Below are positions 1 through 7,523 of a stretch of 37,432 nt of DNA, piece after piece. The notes under the pieces were generated by a model. The model ran no database searches, was not told the origin of the DNA, and saw nothing but the letters and a program-made list of their open reading frames with translations. The DNA comes from an uncultured Candidatus Saccharibacteria bacterium (GTDB taxonomy: Bacteria > Patescibacteriota > Minisyncoccia > Phycocordibacterales > UBA12088). The stretch's first letter is position 1; each line of letters begins with the position of its first letter. The stretch spans positions 204,813 through 242,244 of the forward strand of contig CAZMLK010000002.1 of the NCBI GenBank assembly GCA_964567265.1, read 5' to 3'. A program made the position numbers and the translations under genes.

Positions 1-32
1 GAATTGGCCAACACTAGCAGTTAACATTCGAT

Positions 33-641
33 ATGGAAAAGCATTTCAGCAAGGAGCGGACACTCGTCATCATCAAGCCGGATGGCGTCCAGCGGACCCT
101 TATCGGCGAGATCTTGAAGCGCTACGAGCGCGCAGGTCTCAAGCTTGTCGGCATGAAGATGATGGTCCCGACCGCGAAGCAGGTGGAGGAACACTATCTC
201 CTTGACCCGGCGTGGCGCCAGAATGTCGGCGAGAAATCGATCGCAGCCTATGTGAAGAAAGGCCTCACGCCGCCTTCGACCGATCCGATCGCCGTCGGAG
301 ACATGGTCGTGAATAAGCTCAAGGGGTATCTTACCTCAGGTCCCGTCATCGCCATGGTCTGGCAGGGCGCGCACGTCGTCGAGATCGTCCGCAAGATCAC
401 GGGCGGCACCGAGCCGCGTTCGACTGATGTTGGTACCATCCGTGGTGACTTCGTCGTCGACTCCTATCAGATGGCCGACACCGATGATCGCGCGATCCGG
501 AATCTCATCCACGCATCCGGCTCAGTCGCTGAGGCAGATGCCGAGATCCCGCACTGGTTCAAGGAAGAGGAGATCGTCAACTACCGCCTCGTCCAGGAAG
601 CGATCCTCTACGATGTGAATCTTGACGGCATCCTCGAGTAA
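33..641 (+). CDS. ndk: nucleoside diphosphate kinase (long form)
   Basis: 202-aa ORF with NDK family motifs: RTLVIIKPDGV N-terminus, TIRGDF, and NLIHASGS (active-site His loop). A TAACAT -10-like box at 22-27 lies 5 nt before the ATG. Confidence 0.92.
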   Translation: MEKHFSKERTLVIIKPDGVQRTLIGEILKRYERAGLKLVGMKMMVPTAKQVEEHYLLDPAWRQNVGEKSIAAYVKKGLTPPSTDPIAVGDMVVNKLKGYLTSGPVIAMVWQGAHVVEIVRKITGGTEPRSTDVGTIRGDFVVDSYQMADTDDRAIRNLIHASGSVAEADAEIPHWFKEEEIVNYRLVQEAILYDVNLDGILE

Positions 642-653
642 TCCAGTCGAATC

Positions 654-662
654 TGCTATAGT
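654..662 (+). promoter_or_regulatory. extended -10-like box TGCTATAGT upstream of the pyrD-like gene
   Basis: TGnTATAGT is read directly at 654-662. A GGAG at 703-706 lies 8 nt before ATG 715. Confidence 0.3.
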
Positions 663-714
663 CCCAAACAGAAGGCCTGTCACTCGACGGGTCGTTTTGT
701 TTGGAGATGCATCG

Positions 715-1647
715 ATGGATATCGATCTGTGCCGGATGCCGTTCGGCCCTGCAGCGGGGATGGTGAGAACGCTAGATGCCGTGCGGGAAGCCTGCAAAGG
801 CAGCTCAACACATATTTTGTTCGGTTCGATTACCGACGACCCCCGTGCAGGAAATTCAGGACAGCGTGAGGCAGGACTTCCTGGCGGAGCATACCTGAAT
901 AGTATCGGTCTCCAGAACAGAGGGATTCTTGCTGCGACAGAACTCTCATCGTTGCCGGAGATACTGATAATAGGCAGGAAGGCTGGCAAAACGATCGTGC
1001 CGAGCATTGCAGGATTCAACCAGCATCAATACAGCGTCCTCCTGGGTACCGTCACTGCGCTCGGATTCAAGCACATCGAATTGAATCTGGGTTGTCCAAA
1101 CGTACGCGATGGCGGACAACAGAAACCCATCATTTCGTTCGATACCAACGCTCTGCGCGAACTCTTGAGCCACGTCGTTCCCTCTGCCGGTAGAGGAATC
1201 ACCCTCTACCTGAAGCTCTCACCGTATTCTGATCCTGCGCAGCTTCGAGCCACGGCGCGAGTTATTGCAGGATGTGCTGTCGATGCCCGAGCGTTCAACA
1301 CGAGGATCGTGGTCGTCACCTCGAATACCTTCCCGAACTGCCTGGCGTTCCAGGACGATGGTATTCCCATTATCAATGCGCGGACGCCCGATGGGACATC
1401 TGTCATCTTCGGTGGGGGAAGTGGGGGTGCTCTTTTCAGAGCAATTGCCGTTGGCCAAGTCAGGCAGTTCGTCGATGCATTCAGCGAACTTCAAGTTACG
1501 GTCCCGGTAATCGGGGTGGGCGGCATCGACAGTGCAAGCGCGGCACGGGAACACCTTCGGGCAGGCGCGATCGGCTTCCAGGTCGCATCGCATGTCCACA
1601 TGCATGGGATTCGTGTAATCGACGAGATCGCGATGGGTTTGGTATAA
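715..1647 (+). CDS. pyrD: dihydroorotate dehydrogenase, class 1-like
   Basis: Motifs match class 1 DHODH: NSIGLQN, IELNLGCPNV, LKLSPY, GGGSGGAL, VIGVGGI and GFQVAS. The ORF track starts at TTG 622, overlapping ndk. ATG 715 with an upstream GGAG fits the family N-terminus better. Confidence 0.8.
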   Translation: MDIDLCRMPFGPAAGMVRTLDAVREACKGSSTHILFGSITDDPRAGNSGQREAGLPGGAYLNSIGLQNRGILAATELSSLPEILIIGRKAGKTIVPSIAGFNQHQYSVLLGTVTALGFKHIELNLGCPNVRDGGQQKPIISFDTNALRELLSHVVPSAGRGITLYLKLSPYSDPAQLRATARVIAGCAVDARAFNTRIVVVTSNTFPNCLAFQDDGIPIINARTPDGTSVIFGGGSGGALFRAIAVGQVRQFVDAFSELQVTVPVIGVGGIDSASAAREHLRAGAIGFQVASHVHMHGIRVIDEIAMGLV

Positions 1648-1741
1648 GCATCTTCGGACGCTACTGGCCATGAGCCAGTAGCGTCCGCTTCTTTTTTCGG
1701 GTATAGTCGCCCCTAGACTGAAACCAGATGAAAGGTCGATC

Positions 1742-2860
1742 ATGATGTTCGTCGAACAGTGCGTAGTTCTCACTCACCTGCCCGCGTGCATGCATAACCA
1801 TGCGCGCCAAGAGGAATTGATGAAATACATGGTCCGGACATCGGCTCCGCTTGTCGGCTACGAGCTCGAGGAACCGAATACGAGTCCTCCGATCGTCACG
1901 ACGCAGGATGCAATCCGCTACCGTTCCGAGATCAAGCAGTCTGCCGGGGAAGATGCTGCGCCAACCTACAATCCACTCATCGGCGTGTATGTGACGGAGG
2001 CATCGAACCCCGATGACCTTCGGGCAGGGTACCAGGATGGTCATATCGACTTCATCAAATGGTATCCGCCACATGGGACGACAGCGTCCGAACACAGCGT
2101 CCCAATCCTCAGCCCGGCATATTGTCGAGTCGCGGACATGGCCGAGCGGAACGGCATCCCATTTCAGCATCACGGGGAACTGACGCATACCGATGCCGGT
2201 GAGGAAATCGATCATCAGGATCGTGAGGCCGTTTTCTACGGGGAGAAGTTTCCTGAAATCCGGTGCCGCTGGCCTGGGATGCGGTATCTGGGGGAACATC
2301 TCACCACTGAGGAGGGCGTGTCTGCGATTCTCGGGGATTTTGGCTGCGGGGGCACCATAACGCCGTGGCATTTGCTTGAAGATCGGAAAATCGTCAACCG
2401 GGGCGGAATGAATCCGCTCTACGCAATCATGCCCGCACTCAAGCGCCAGCGGCACGTGGATGCGCTCCGACGGGCCATCCAAACTCGGAATCCGCGTCTG
2501 TTCGCTGGGCCGGATACGGCTGCGCATCCGATCGAGAATAAATCAAAACCGACTGGGTGTGCGTGCGGCATCTACTCGCCATGGTGGATCGAATGGTATG
2601 CGGCGGCGTTCGAGAGCATGGGAATGCTGGATTATCTTGAAGCATTCCTCTGTAAGAACGGCCCGATACACTATGGATTGGATCCGATCTTCGGGAGCGT
2701 TGTTCTTGAGAAGCACGATGTGCCTCGATATCCAGCGCCGATTCAATTCGGTCCGGGCAAGGGGGATGTCGTACTCCCATTCGGTTATCATCCTGATCCC
2801 GAGGCGGAGGCGATCGGGCTCCGGATGCCGCTTTACTGGTATGCGCGTCGTGAAGCGTAG
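1742..2860 (+). CDS. pyrC: dihydroorotase (class II, E. coli PyrC-like)
   Basis: 372 aa, co-linear with E. coli PyrC. Matching segments: MHNHAR (HxH metal site), PNTSPPIVT, KWYPPHGTT (carboxylated-Lys context), HGELTH, GEHLTTEEG, TITPWHLL, GPDTAAHP, GCACGIYS and LEAFLCKNGPIHYGL. Confidence 0.85.
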   Translation: MMFVEQCVVLTHLPACMHNHARQEELMKYMVRTSAPLVGYELEEPNTSPPIVTTQDAIRYRSEIKQSAGEDAAPTYNPLIGVYVTEASNPDDLRAGYQDGHIDFIKWYPPHGTTASEHSVPILSPAYCRVADMAERNGIPFQHHGELTHTDAGEEIDHQDREAVFYGEKFPEIRCRWPGMRYLGEHLTTEEGVSAILGDFGCGGTITPWHLLEDRKIVNRGGMNPLYAIMPALKRQRHVDALRRAIQTRNPRLFAGPDTAAHPIENKSKPTGCACGIYSPWWIEWYAAAFESMGMLDYLEAFLCKNGPIHYGLDPIFGSVVLEKHDVPRYPAPIQFGPGKGDVVLPFGYHPDPEAEAIGLRMPLYWYARREA

Positions 2861-2872
2861 GGAGATTTGAAT

Positions 2873-2926
2873 GGCCGCGCGTTCGCACTTGTGCGAACGC
2901 GCGGCCACTTTCATTTCATTTTTTGA
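2873..2926 (+). terminator. rho-independent terminator after pyrC
   Basis: Perfect 16-bp stem GGCCGCGCGTTCGCAC/GTGCGAACGCGCGGCC (2873-2888 with 2891-2906), followed by a T-rich tract (tttcatttcatttttt). Confidence 0.8.
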
Positions 2927-2949
2927 CATTAAAAAAATCGGAGTATACT
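2923..2949 (+). promoter_or_regulatory. sigma70-like promoter TTGACA-N15-TATACT
   Basis: TTGACA at 2923-2928 and TATACT at 2944-2949. The predicted +1 near 2956 coincides with the first base of the long closing stem of the candidate sRNA. Confidence 0.45.
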
Positions 2950-2955
2950 TGGGGA

Positions 2956-3131
2956 GGCTACTTGGTTCATATTTGTCCTTCGTAACGTATTTGCAAGGGA
3001 ATTCAAATCATTTTCAGCCAATGAGAATTCATTTTTTCAGCGGTGGAGAGTTGCGAATACCCACTTGGTACACACCAAGGGCAAATATCACTAGGTAGCC
3101 CTTGCAAGCGCCCCCTCCCGAGGGGGCTTTT
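2956..3131 (+). ncRNA. candidate stand-alone structured sRNA (about 175 nt, rod-like, 6S-like architecture; family not identified)
   Basis: It lies between its own promoter and terminator. Hand-folded pairings are 2956-2966/3090-3100 (11 bp), 2969-2975/3082-3088 (7 bp), 2976-2980/3077-3081 (5 bp) and 2987-2996/3051-3060 (10 bp). An apical hairpin forms from GAATTC..TCATT/AATGA..GAATTC (2999-3030). The terminator is GCCCCC/GGGGGC (3110-3127) plus TTTT. The downstream gene has its own -10 box. Confidence 0.4.
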
Positions 3132-3159
3132 GCTTCCTTTTGCAATTCCGCGGCCTATC

Positions 3160-3168
3160 TGGGATACT
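3160..3168 (+). promoter_or_regulatory. extended -10-like TGGGATACT, 8 nt before ATG 3177
   Basis: One instance of the recurring TGG-TAnAnT module placed directly upstream of a start codon. Confidence 0.4.
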
Positions 3169-3176
3169 GCCCGAGT

Positions 3177-3590
3177 ATGTTTACAAAGAGGTTCGCCCTC
3201 CTCATCGTCATCCTCCTCCTTGCGATACTCGTGCTCTGGCTCCATGTGGCCGCGCTCGAAGACTTTTGGTACTGGAAATACCCCTGGTTCGACACCATCA
3301 TGCACTTCCTCGGAGGGGTCATCGTCTCCGGATGCGCCGTCTGGGTCTGGTCTTTCGAGAAGCCCTTGGGGAAGCTCCGGCATACCATTCTCGTGACCGC
3401 GAGCGCGATCCTGCTTGTCGGCGTCGGTTGGGAAATCTTCGAGGTGTCGACCGGGGTCCAGATGATGGGGCAGGGCTATGTGCTCGATACCGCCCTTGAT
3501 CTCACGATGGACACGCTCGGTACTGCCGCAGGAACCGTACTAGCCTGGTTCGCGCTCCGGGACCGCGCTCCCGTTACTCGGGTTGAATAA
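3177..3590 (+). CDS. small integral membrane protein (possibly VanZ-like)
   Basis: The ORF track entry 3102..3590 was trimmed to ATG 3177 (MFTKRFALLIVILLL...). About 4 TM helices. The DTIMHFLGG and WEIFE...DTALDLTMDTLGTAAG patterns resemble VanZ-family motifs, but the assignment is weak. Confidence 0.65.
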   Translation: MFTKRFALLIVILLLAILVLWLHVAALEDFWYWKYPWFDTIMHFLGGVIVSGCAVWVWSFEKPLGKLRHTILVTASAILLVGVGWEIFEVSTGVQMMGQGYVLDTALDLTMDTLGTAAGTVLAWFALRDRAPVTRVE

Positions 3591-3594
3591 ATTA

Positions 3595-3624
3595 CAAAGC
3601 CGGCCCCGTGAGGGGCCGGCTTTG
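3595..3624. terminator. bidirectional terminator hairpin between convergent genes
   Basis: CAAAGCCGGCCCC-GTGA-GGGGCCGGCTTTG, a 13-bp perfect stem with A/T runs on both sides. Confidence 0.8.
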
Positions 3625-3635
3625 TTGTTGGTTCT

Positions 3636-3983
3636 TTAGGCAGTCACCTGCTTCACGATCCGCTCGAAGGTCTCAGGATGCTTTGCGGCGATCTCCGAGA
3701 GTACCTTGCGGTCGAGGAGGACGTTCTTCACCTTGAGCGCGCCGATGAACTTGCTGTAGGTGGTGCCGTGGGCGCGGAGGGCGGCATTGAGGCGGACGTT
3801 CCAAAGGCGGCGGAAGTCATTCTTCTTGTCCTTGCGGTGCGCGAAGGAGTGCGTCCCGGCGTGGGAGATGGCCGTCTTCGCCGCGCGCTTCTTGGTCGAC
3901 AAGTTGCCGCGGAAGCCCTTGGTCTTCGCGAGGATGTTGCCTCGGCGCTTGAGGCGGATTGTTCCTTTCTTAACTCGTGTCAT
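3636..3983 (-). CDS. rplT: 50S ribosomal protein L20
   Basis: 115 aa with the typical L20 sequence MTRVKKGTIRLKRRGNILAKTKGFRG...FRRLWNVRLNAA. Last gene of the conserved infC-rpmI-rplT order. Confidence 0.97.
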   Translation of the reverse strand: MTRVKKGTIRLKRRGNILAKTKGFRGNLSTKKRAAKTAISHAGTHSFAHRKDKKNDFRRLWNVRLNAALRAHGTTYSKFIGALKVKNVLLDRKVLSEIAAKHPETFERIVKQVTA

Positions 3984-4002
3984 ATGGGTAAATTATCAGT
4001 CT

Positions 4003-4191
4003 TTACTTGGAGCGGGGGAGGAACTGACGGCGGTCGCGCTGGCTCATCTGAATCGAGCCGGCACGCTTCTTGCTCCGCTTCGACGATCCGGACTCCTTGG
4101 CATTAAAGTGGTTGATACCAACGCCACGGGAGACGATTTTCCCGTTCTTGGTGACCTTGAGTCGCTTGGTGAATGATTTGTTCGTTTTCAT
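4003..4191 (-). CDS. rpmI: 50S ribosomal protein L35
   Basis: 62 aa, basic, MKTNKSFTKRLKVTKNGKI... typical of L35. Sits between infC and rplT. Confidence 0.93.
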   Translation of the reverse strand: MKTNKSFTKRLKVTKNGKIVSRGVGINHFNAKESGSSKRSKKRAGSIQMSQRDRRQFLPRSK

Positions 4192-4303
4192 ATATAGTCG
4201 AGGGCCTTTTGGGCCCCGTATACGTCCGTCCGCTCTCTATTTGAGTGCAGAGCCACTATACGGAAATTACTCCTTTTTGTCCATACATTGCCGGGTTTTC
4301 GGA

Positions 4304-4864
4304 CTATTTCCCAGCCTTGACCCGCTCGAGGGTGACCGACAGACCCTTCGGGCTCTTCTTGATCTCGTCCGCCAGGCGGTATTCGACGGCTACGAGCTTG
4401 AGGAATCGCTCAAGGCGTTCCTTGAGGAACTCGAATTCCATATATTTGTAGCGGCCCCAGAGGAAGAGGTCCACTTTGACGCGATGTCCTTCAGAAAGCC
4501 AGTCGGTGGTCCGCTTCGCCTTCAGGTTGAGGTCGTGGTCGCCGGTGCCGATCTTGACCTGGACACTCTTGGTCTCGGTCACATGTGCCTTCGACTTCTG
4601 GTCCTTCTGCTTCTTGCTCTCCTGGTACTGGTACTTCCCATAGTCCATGATCTTGGCGACCGGAGGGACCGCGTTCGGGGAGATCTCGATGAGGTCGAGG
4701 TGGGCGGCTTCTGCCGCTGCAAGCGCCTCTTCGCGGGTAATCACGCCCAAATTCACCCCGTCAGCGCCCATGACGCGGAGTTCTTTTGCTCGGATATTCT
4801 GATTGATGCGGACGTCACTCAAGGGTTTTTTGTACCCCGAAATGTAGCACGAAAAAGGGCTCAA
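4304..4864 (-). CDS. infC: translation initiation factor IF-3
   Basis: INQNIRAKELRVMGADG...LDLIEISPNAVPPVAKIMDYGKYQY... matches the IF-3 N and C domains. There is no in-frame ATG near the N-terminus. The track start is TTG (4864-4862), and an in-frame ATT at 4843-4841 is an alternative. The start is therefore uncertain. Confidence 0.88.
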   Translation of the reverse strand: MSPFSCYISGYKKPLSDVRINQNIRAKELRVMGADGVNLGVITREEALAAAEAAHLDLIEISPNAVPPVAKIMDYGKYQYQESKKQKDQKSKAHVTETKSVQVKIGTGDHDLNLKAKRTTDWLSEGHRVKVDLFLWGRYKYMEFEFLKERLERFLKLVAVEYRLADEIKKSPKGLSVTLERVKAGK

Positions 4865-4939
4865 CGCCAGTGGCGCGGTCCCCGCTTCCGGCGCGGAGGT
4901 CTTTCAACGAGGCGCCCCAGTGCGGGGAGGATGTCAATA

Positions 4940-4948
4940 TGGTAGAGT
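4940..4948 (+). promoter_or_regulatory. extended -10 TGGTAGAGT exactly 6 nt before the ftsH ATG (leaderless-type)
   Basis: TGGTAGAGT at 4940-4948, N6 at 4949-4954, ATG at 4955. No SD-like run lies between them. Confidence 0.5.
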
Positions 4949-4954
4949 GCGGGG

Positions 4955-6913
4955 ATGGATTTCTTCAAAAACAACAAGCAAACAGGGGACAAAATCAAGC
5001 CGAAGGGTAAGAATCAGGGACCGCTCGGTATGCCGGGAGGGGGCCAGTTTTGGACCAATCTGGTCTCGACCATCCTCATCTTCCTTATTTTGACCACGCT
5101 GTTCTCATATTTCGCGGGCAGCAATGATAAGCCGAAGGAAATACCGATTTCCCAGGTCGCCACCGATGTCGCCGCGGGGAGCGTTTCCTCGATTACCGTC
5201 CGGGGCGACACGCTCACCATCAAGTACAAAGAGGGTGCTGAGAAGATCTCAAAGAAGGAAGGCTCGACCGCGCTGTCACAGACGCTCTCCAATTATGGCG
5301 TCCAGGCTGAACAGCTCGCGCAGGTCTCCATTGATGTGCAGGGTGAGACCGGCTTCCGGTACTGGTTCCTCACGCTCGCGCCATTCCTGATCCCGCTCAT
5401 ATTCATCCTCATCCTCGTCTGGTTCCTCACGCGCCAGGTGAAGGGTGCTGGCATGCAGGCATTCACGTTCGGCCAGTCGAAGGCGCGCATGATCGATCCG
5501 AAGGATAAGGCGTCGCGCGTCACCTTCGCTGATGTCGCCGGTGCCAAAGAGGCAAAAGAGGAACTCATGGAAATCGTTGATTTCCTCAAGAATCCGAAGA
5601 AATTCCTCGAGATCGGCGCACGGATCCCGAAGGGCATCATCCTCATGGGTGCACCGGGAACAGGGAAGACATTGCTTGCGCGCGCAGTTGCTGGCGAAGC
5701 AGGCGTCCCATTCTTCTCGATCAGCGGCTCTGAATTCGTCGAGATGTTCGTCGGCGTCGGCGCGTCCCGCGTCCGTGACCTCTTCCAGATGTCGAAGCAG
5801 GCCGCTCCCGCGATTATCTTCGTCGATGAGATCGACGCCGTCGGCCGCATCCGCGGCACGGGCGTTGGCGGTGGAAACGACGAGCGCGAGCAGACCCTGA
5901 ACCAGATCCTCGTCGAGATGGACGGCTTCGAGCCGAACGAGAAAGTCATCGTCATGGCGGCGACGAACCGTCCTGACGTGCTTGATCCCGCGCTTCTCCG
6001 CCCAGGACGTTTCGACCGCCGCGTCACCATCGATCTCCCGGACCGCAAGGATCGCGAAGAGATATTGAATGTGCACGCGCGGAAGAAGCCGCTTGCTGAA
6101 GACGTCAACCTTTCCGTCGTCGCGGAGCGCACGCCTGGATTCTCCGGAGCCGACCTCTACTCGCTCATGAACGAAGCTGCGATCCTCGCCGCGCGCGAGA
6201 ACCGCAAGAAGGTCTCCCAGTACGACATGATCCGCTCCATCGAGAAGGTGATGCTCGGTCCTGAACGGAAGAGCCATATCCTTTCTCGGAAAGAGAAGGA
6301 GATTACCGCGTACCATGAGGCGGGGCACGCGCTCGTCGCGTCCATCCTTCCGCATGCGGATCCGGTCCACAAGATCTCGATTATTTCCCGTGGCCGCGCA
6401 GCAGGGTATACCCTCAAGCTTCCGCTCGAAGACCGGAAGATGCAGTCGAAGAATGAATTCCTCGATGATATCGCCATGTCGCTCGGCGGCTACGTCGCGG
6501 AGAAGCTCATCTTCGGAGACTTCACGACCGGCGCATCGAATGACATCCAGGTGCTGACTTCGCTCGCCAGGAGCATGGTCACCCGCTGGGGCATGTCGGA
6601 GCGGATCGGTCCGATCGCGCTTGAAGGCGACGGCCGTGTGATCTTCGGCAGTGGCATCTCGGAGCGCGACCATTCAGAAAAGATGGCGGCTGAGATCGAT
6701 GCGGAAGTCTCCGGCATCATCACTGAAGCGTACGAGAAGGCGCAATACATCATCAAAAAGCATCGCCAGATCCTCGAGATCATCGCGAAGCGTCTCATCG
6801 AAGTCGAGACTATCGAGCGCGAGGAGTTCGAGCAGATCCTCGTCTCGAATGGCATCCAGCCGAAGAAGAAGGAAATCATCGACCCGACGGGAACACTGAT
6901 CATCGCGGACTAA
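4955..6913 (+). CDS. ftsH: ATP-dependent zinc metalloprotease FtsH
   Basis: 652 aa with two N-terminal TM helices, AAA+ Walker [12 protein letters not shown], Walker B IIFVDEID, the SRH region and the zinc motif HEAGHAL. Confidence 0.97.
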   Translation: MDFFKNNKQTGDKIKPKGKNQGPLGMPGGGQFWTNLVSTILIFLILTTLFSYFAGSNDKPKEIPISQVATDVAAGSVSSITVRGDTLTIKYKEGAEKISKKEGSTALSQTLSNYGVQAEQLAQVSIDVQGETGFRYWFLTLAPFLIPLIFILILVWFLTRQVKGAGMQAFTFGQSKARMIDPKDKASRVTFADVAGAKEAKEELMEIVDFLKNPKKFLEIGARIPKGIILMGAPGTGKTLLARAVAGEAGVPFFSISGSEFVEMFVGVGASRVRDLFQMSKQAAPAIIFVDEIDAVGRIRGTGVGGGNDEREQTLNQILVEMDGFEPNEKVIVMAATNRPDVLDPALLRPGRFDRRVTIDLPDRKDREEILNVHARKKPLAEDVNLSVVAERTPGFSGADLYSLMNEAAILAARENRKKVSQYDMIRSIEKVMLGPERKSHILSRKEKEITAYHEAGHALVASILPHADPVHKISIISRGRAAGYTLKLPLEDRKMQSKNEFLDDIAMSLGGYVAEKLIFGDFTTGASNDIQVLTSLARSMVTRWGMSERIGPIALEGDGRVIFGSGISERDHSEKMAAEIDAEVSGIITEAYEKAQYIIKKHRQILEIIAKRLIEVETIEREEFEQILVSNGIQPKKKEIIDPTGTLIIAD

Positions 6914-6988
6914 TCGTTTCTTGCGAGGCCTCGTTCCCGAGAGTATCGTGTGGCAAGCGGCTACCTGTGGAAAAAGGAGTGTTCCAGC

Positions 6989-7162
6989 ATGTTCGGAGAT
7001 GATAACGATTCTGAAAAGAATCAACGGATACTGAATAGAGCAGCGGGATTCCCTGGTACGAACAGAGCACTGCGGGAAGCGCTCGAATCTAAGGGGTTCT
7101 GGTTCTTTATCCTTGGGATTATCGCGTTTATCGCGCTCTCTCCCTTTATCTTTTCGATTTGA
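6989..7162 (+). CDS. small C-terminally anchored membrane protein (57 aa), hypothetical
   Basis: AAAGGAG (6972-6978) lies 10 nt before ATG 6989. The C-terminal TM is FWFFILGIIAFIALSPFIF. A strong hairpin follows. No homolog was recognised. Confidence 0.45.
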   Translation: MFGDDNDSEKNQRILNRAAGFPGTNRALREALESKGFWFFILGIIAFIALSPFIFSI

Positions 7163-7177
7163 AACTGTGCAAGTGCT

Positions 7178-7210
7178 ATCGGCCGGCAAATTGGAAATTT
7201 GCCGGCCGAT
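7178..7210 (+). terminator. 15-bp perfect hairpin after the small ORF
   Basis: ATCGGCCGGCAAATT-GGA-AATTTGCCGGCCGAT. There is no clear U-tract. Confidence 0.55.
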
Positions 7211-7230
7211 TCAGTTTGGAGCCTGATGAA

Positions 7231-7260
7231 ACAAAGGGCCGGCATATGCCGGCCCTTTGT
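7231..7260. terminator. palindromic hairpin downstream of tRNA-Ile
   Basis: ACAAAGGGCCGGCAT/ATGCCGGCCCTTTGT is a perfect palindrome. On the minus strand it directly follows the tRNA 3' end. Confidence 0.6.
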
Positions 7261-7268
7261 ATTGTTTG

Positions 7269-7341
7269 TAGGCGCGCCTGGACTCGAACCAGGAACCGCC
7301 GAGGTATAAGCTCGGTGCTCTAACCATTGAGCTACGCGCCC
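7269..7341 (-). tRNA. tRNA-Ile with anticodon UAU
   Basis: The reverse complement folds as a cloverleaf. The arms are GGGCGCG-TA-GCTC-AATGGTTA-GAGC-A-CCGAG-CTTATAC-CTCGG-CGGTT-CCTGG-TTCGAGT-CCAGG-CGCGCCT-A. The anticodon loop is CU-UAU-AC. There is a G1-U72 wobble, discriminator A, and no encoded CCA. Confidence 0.85.
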
Positions 7342-7523
7342 ATGATACATGCGCACTATAGCGCAAAGCGGGGGAGTATTCGAGTAGCGGTGAAAGAGAG
7401 CGCATGTTGAGGTTGTCCACATAAATTATGAAAACCTCATGGAAGCGTCACCTTTCGCTGACTATACTGGTTACATACCTTTTACCCCATTATAAGTTCT
7501 TTATCTTTTAAGTTTCCCAACTT

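Noticed and set aside
2871-3098. A 75-aa ORF in the pyrC-downstream gap.
   Set aside because: It runs through a perfect terminator hairpin and a promoter and has no SD. The region is better explained as terminator, promoter and structured RNA.
4192-4303. An L20-responsive leader or operator between infC and rpmI. A 7-bp hairpin CGGGGCC-CAAAA-GGCCCTCG lies 10 nt upstream of the rpmI ATG on the minus strand.
   Set aside because: The hairpin is real, but I cannot show similarity to known L20 leader structures by eye. It may simply be an intra-operon stabiliser.
5276-6673. Long antisense ORFs opposite well-supported genes. Examples are 465 aa opposite ftsH, 9498..10484 and 11280..12284 opposite recG, 22667..23323 and 23320..23961 opposite pilB, 24303..24986 opposite pilT, and 4070..4945 opposite infC/rpmI.
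   Set aside because: These are typical shadow ORFs of GC-rich DNA. Their translations are Arg/Asp/Glu-rich and low in complexity, with no recognisable motifs, and the opposite strand carries unambiguous conserved proteins.
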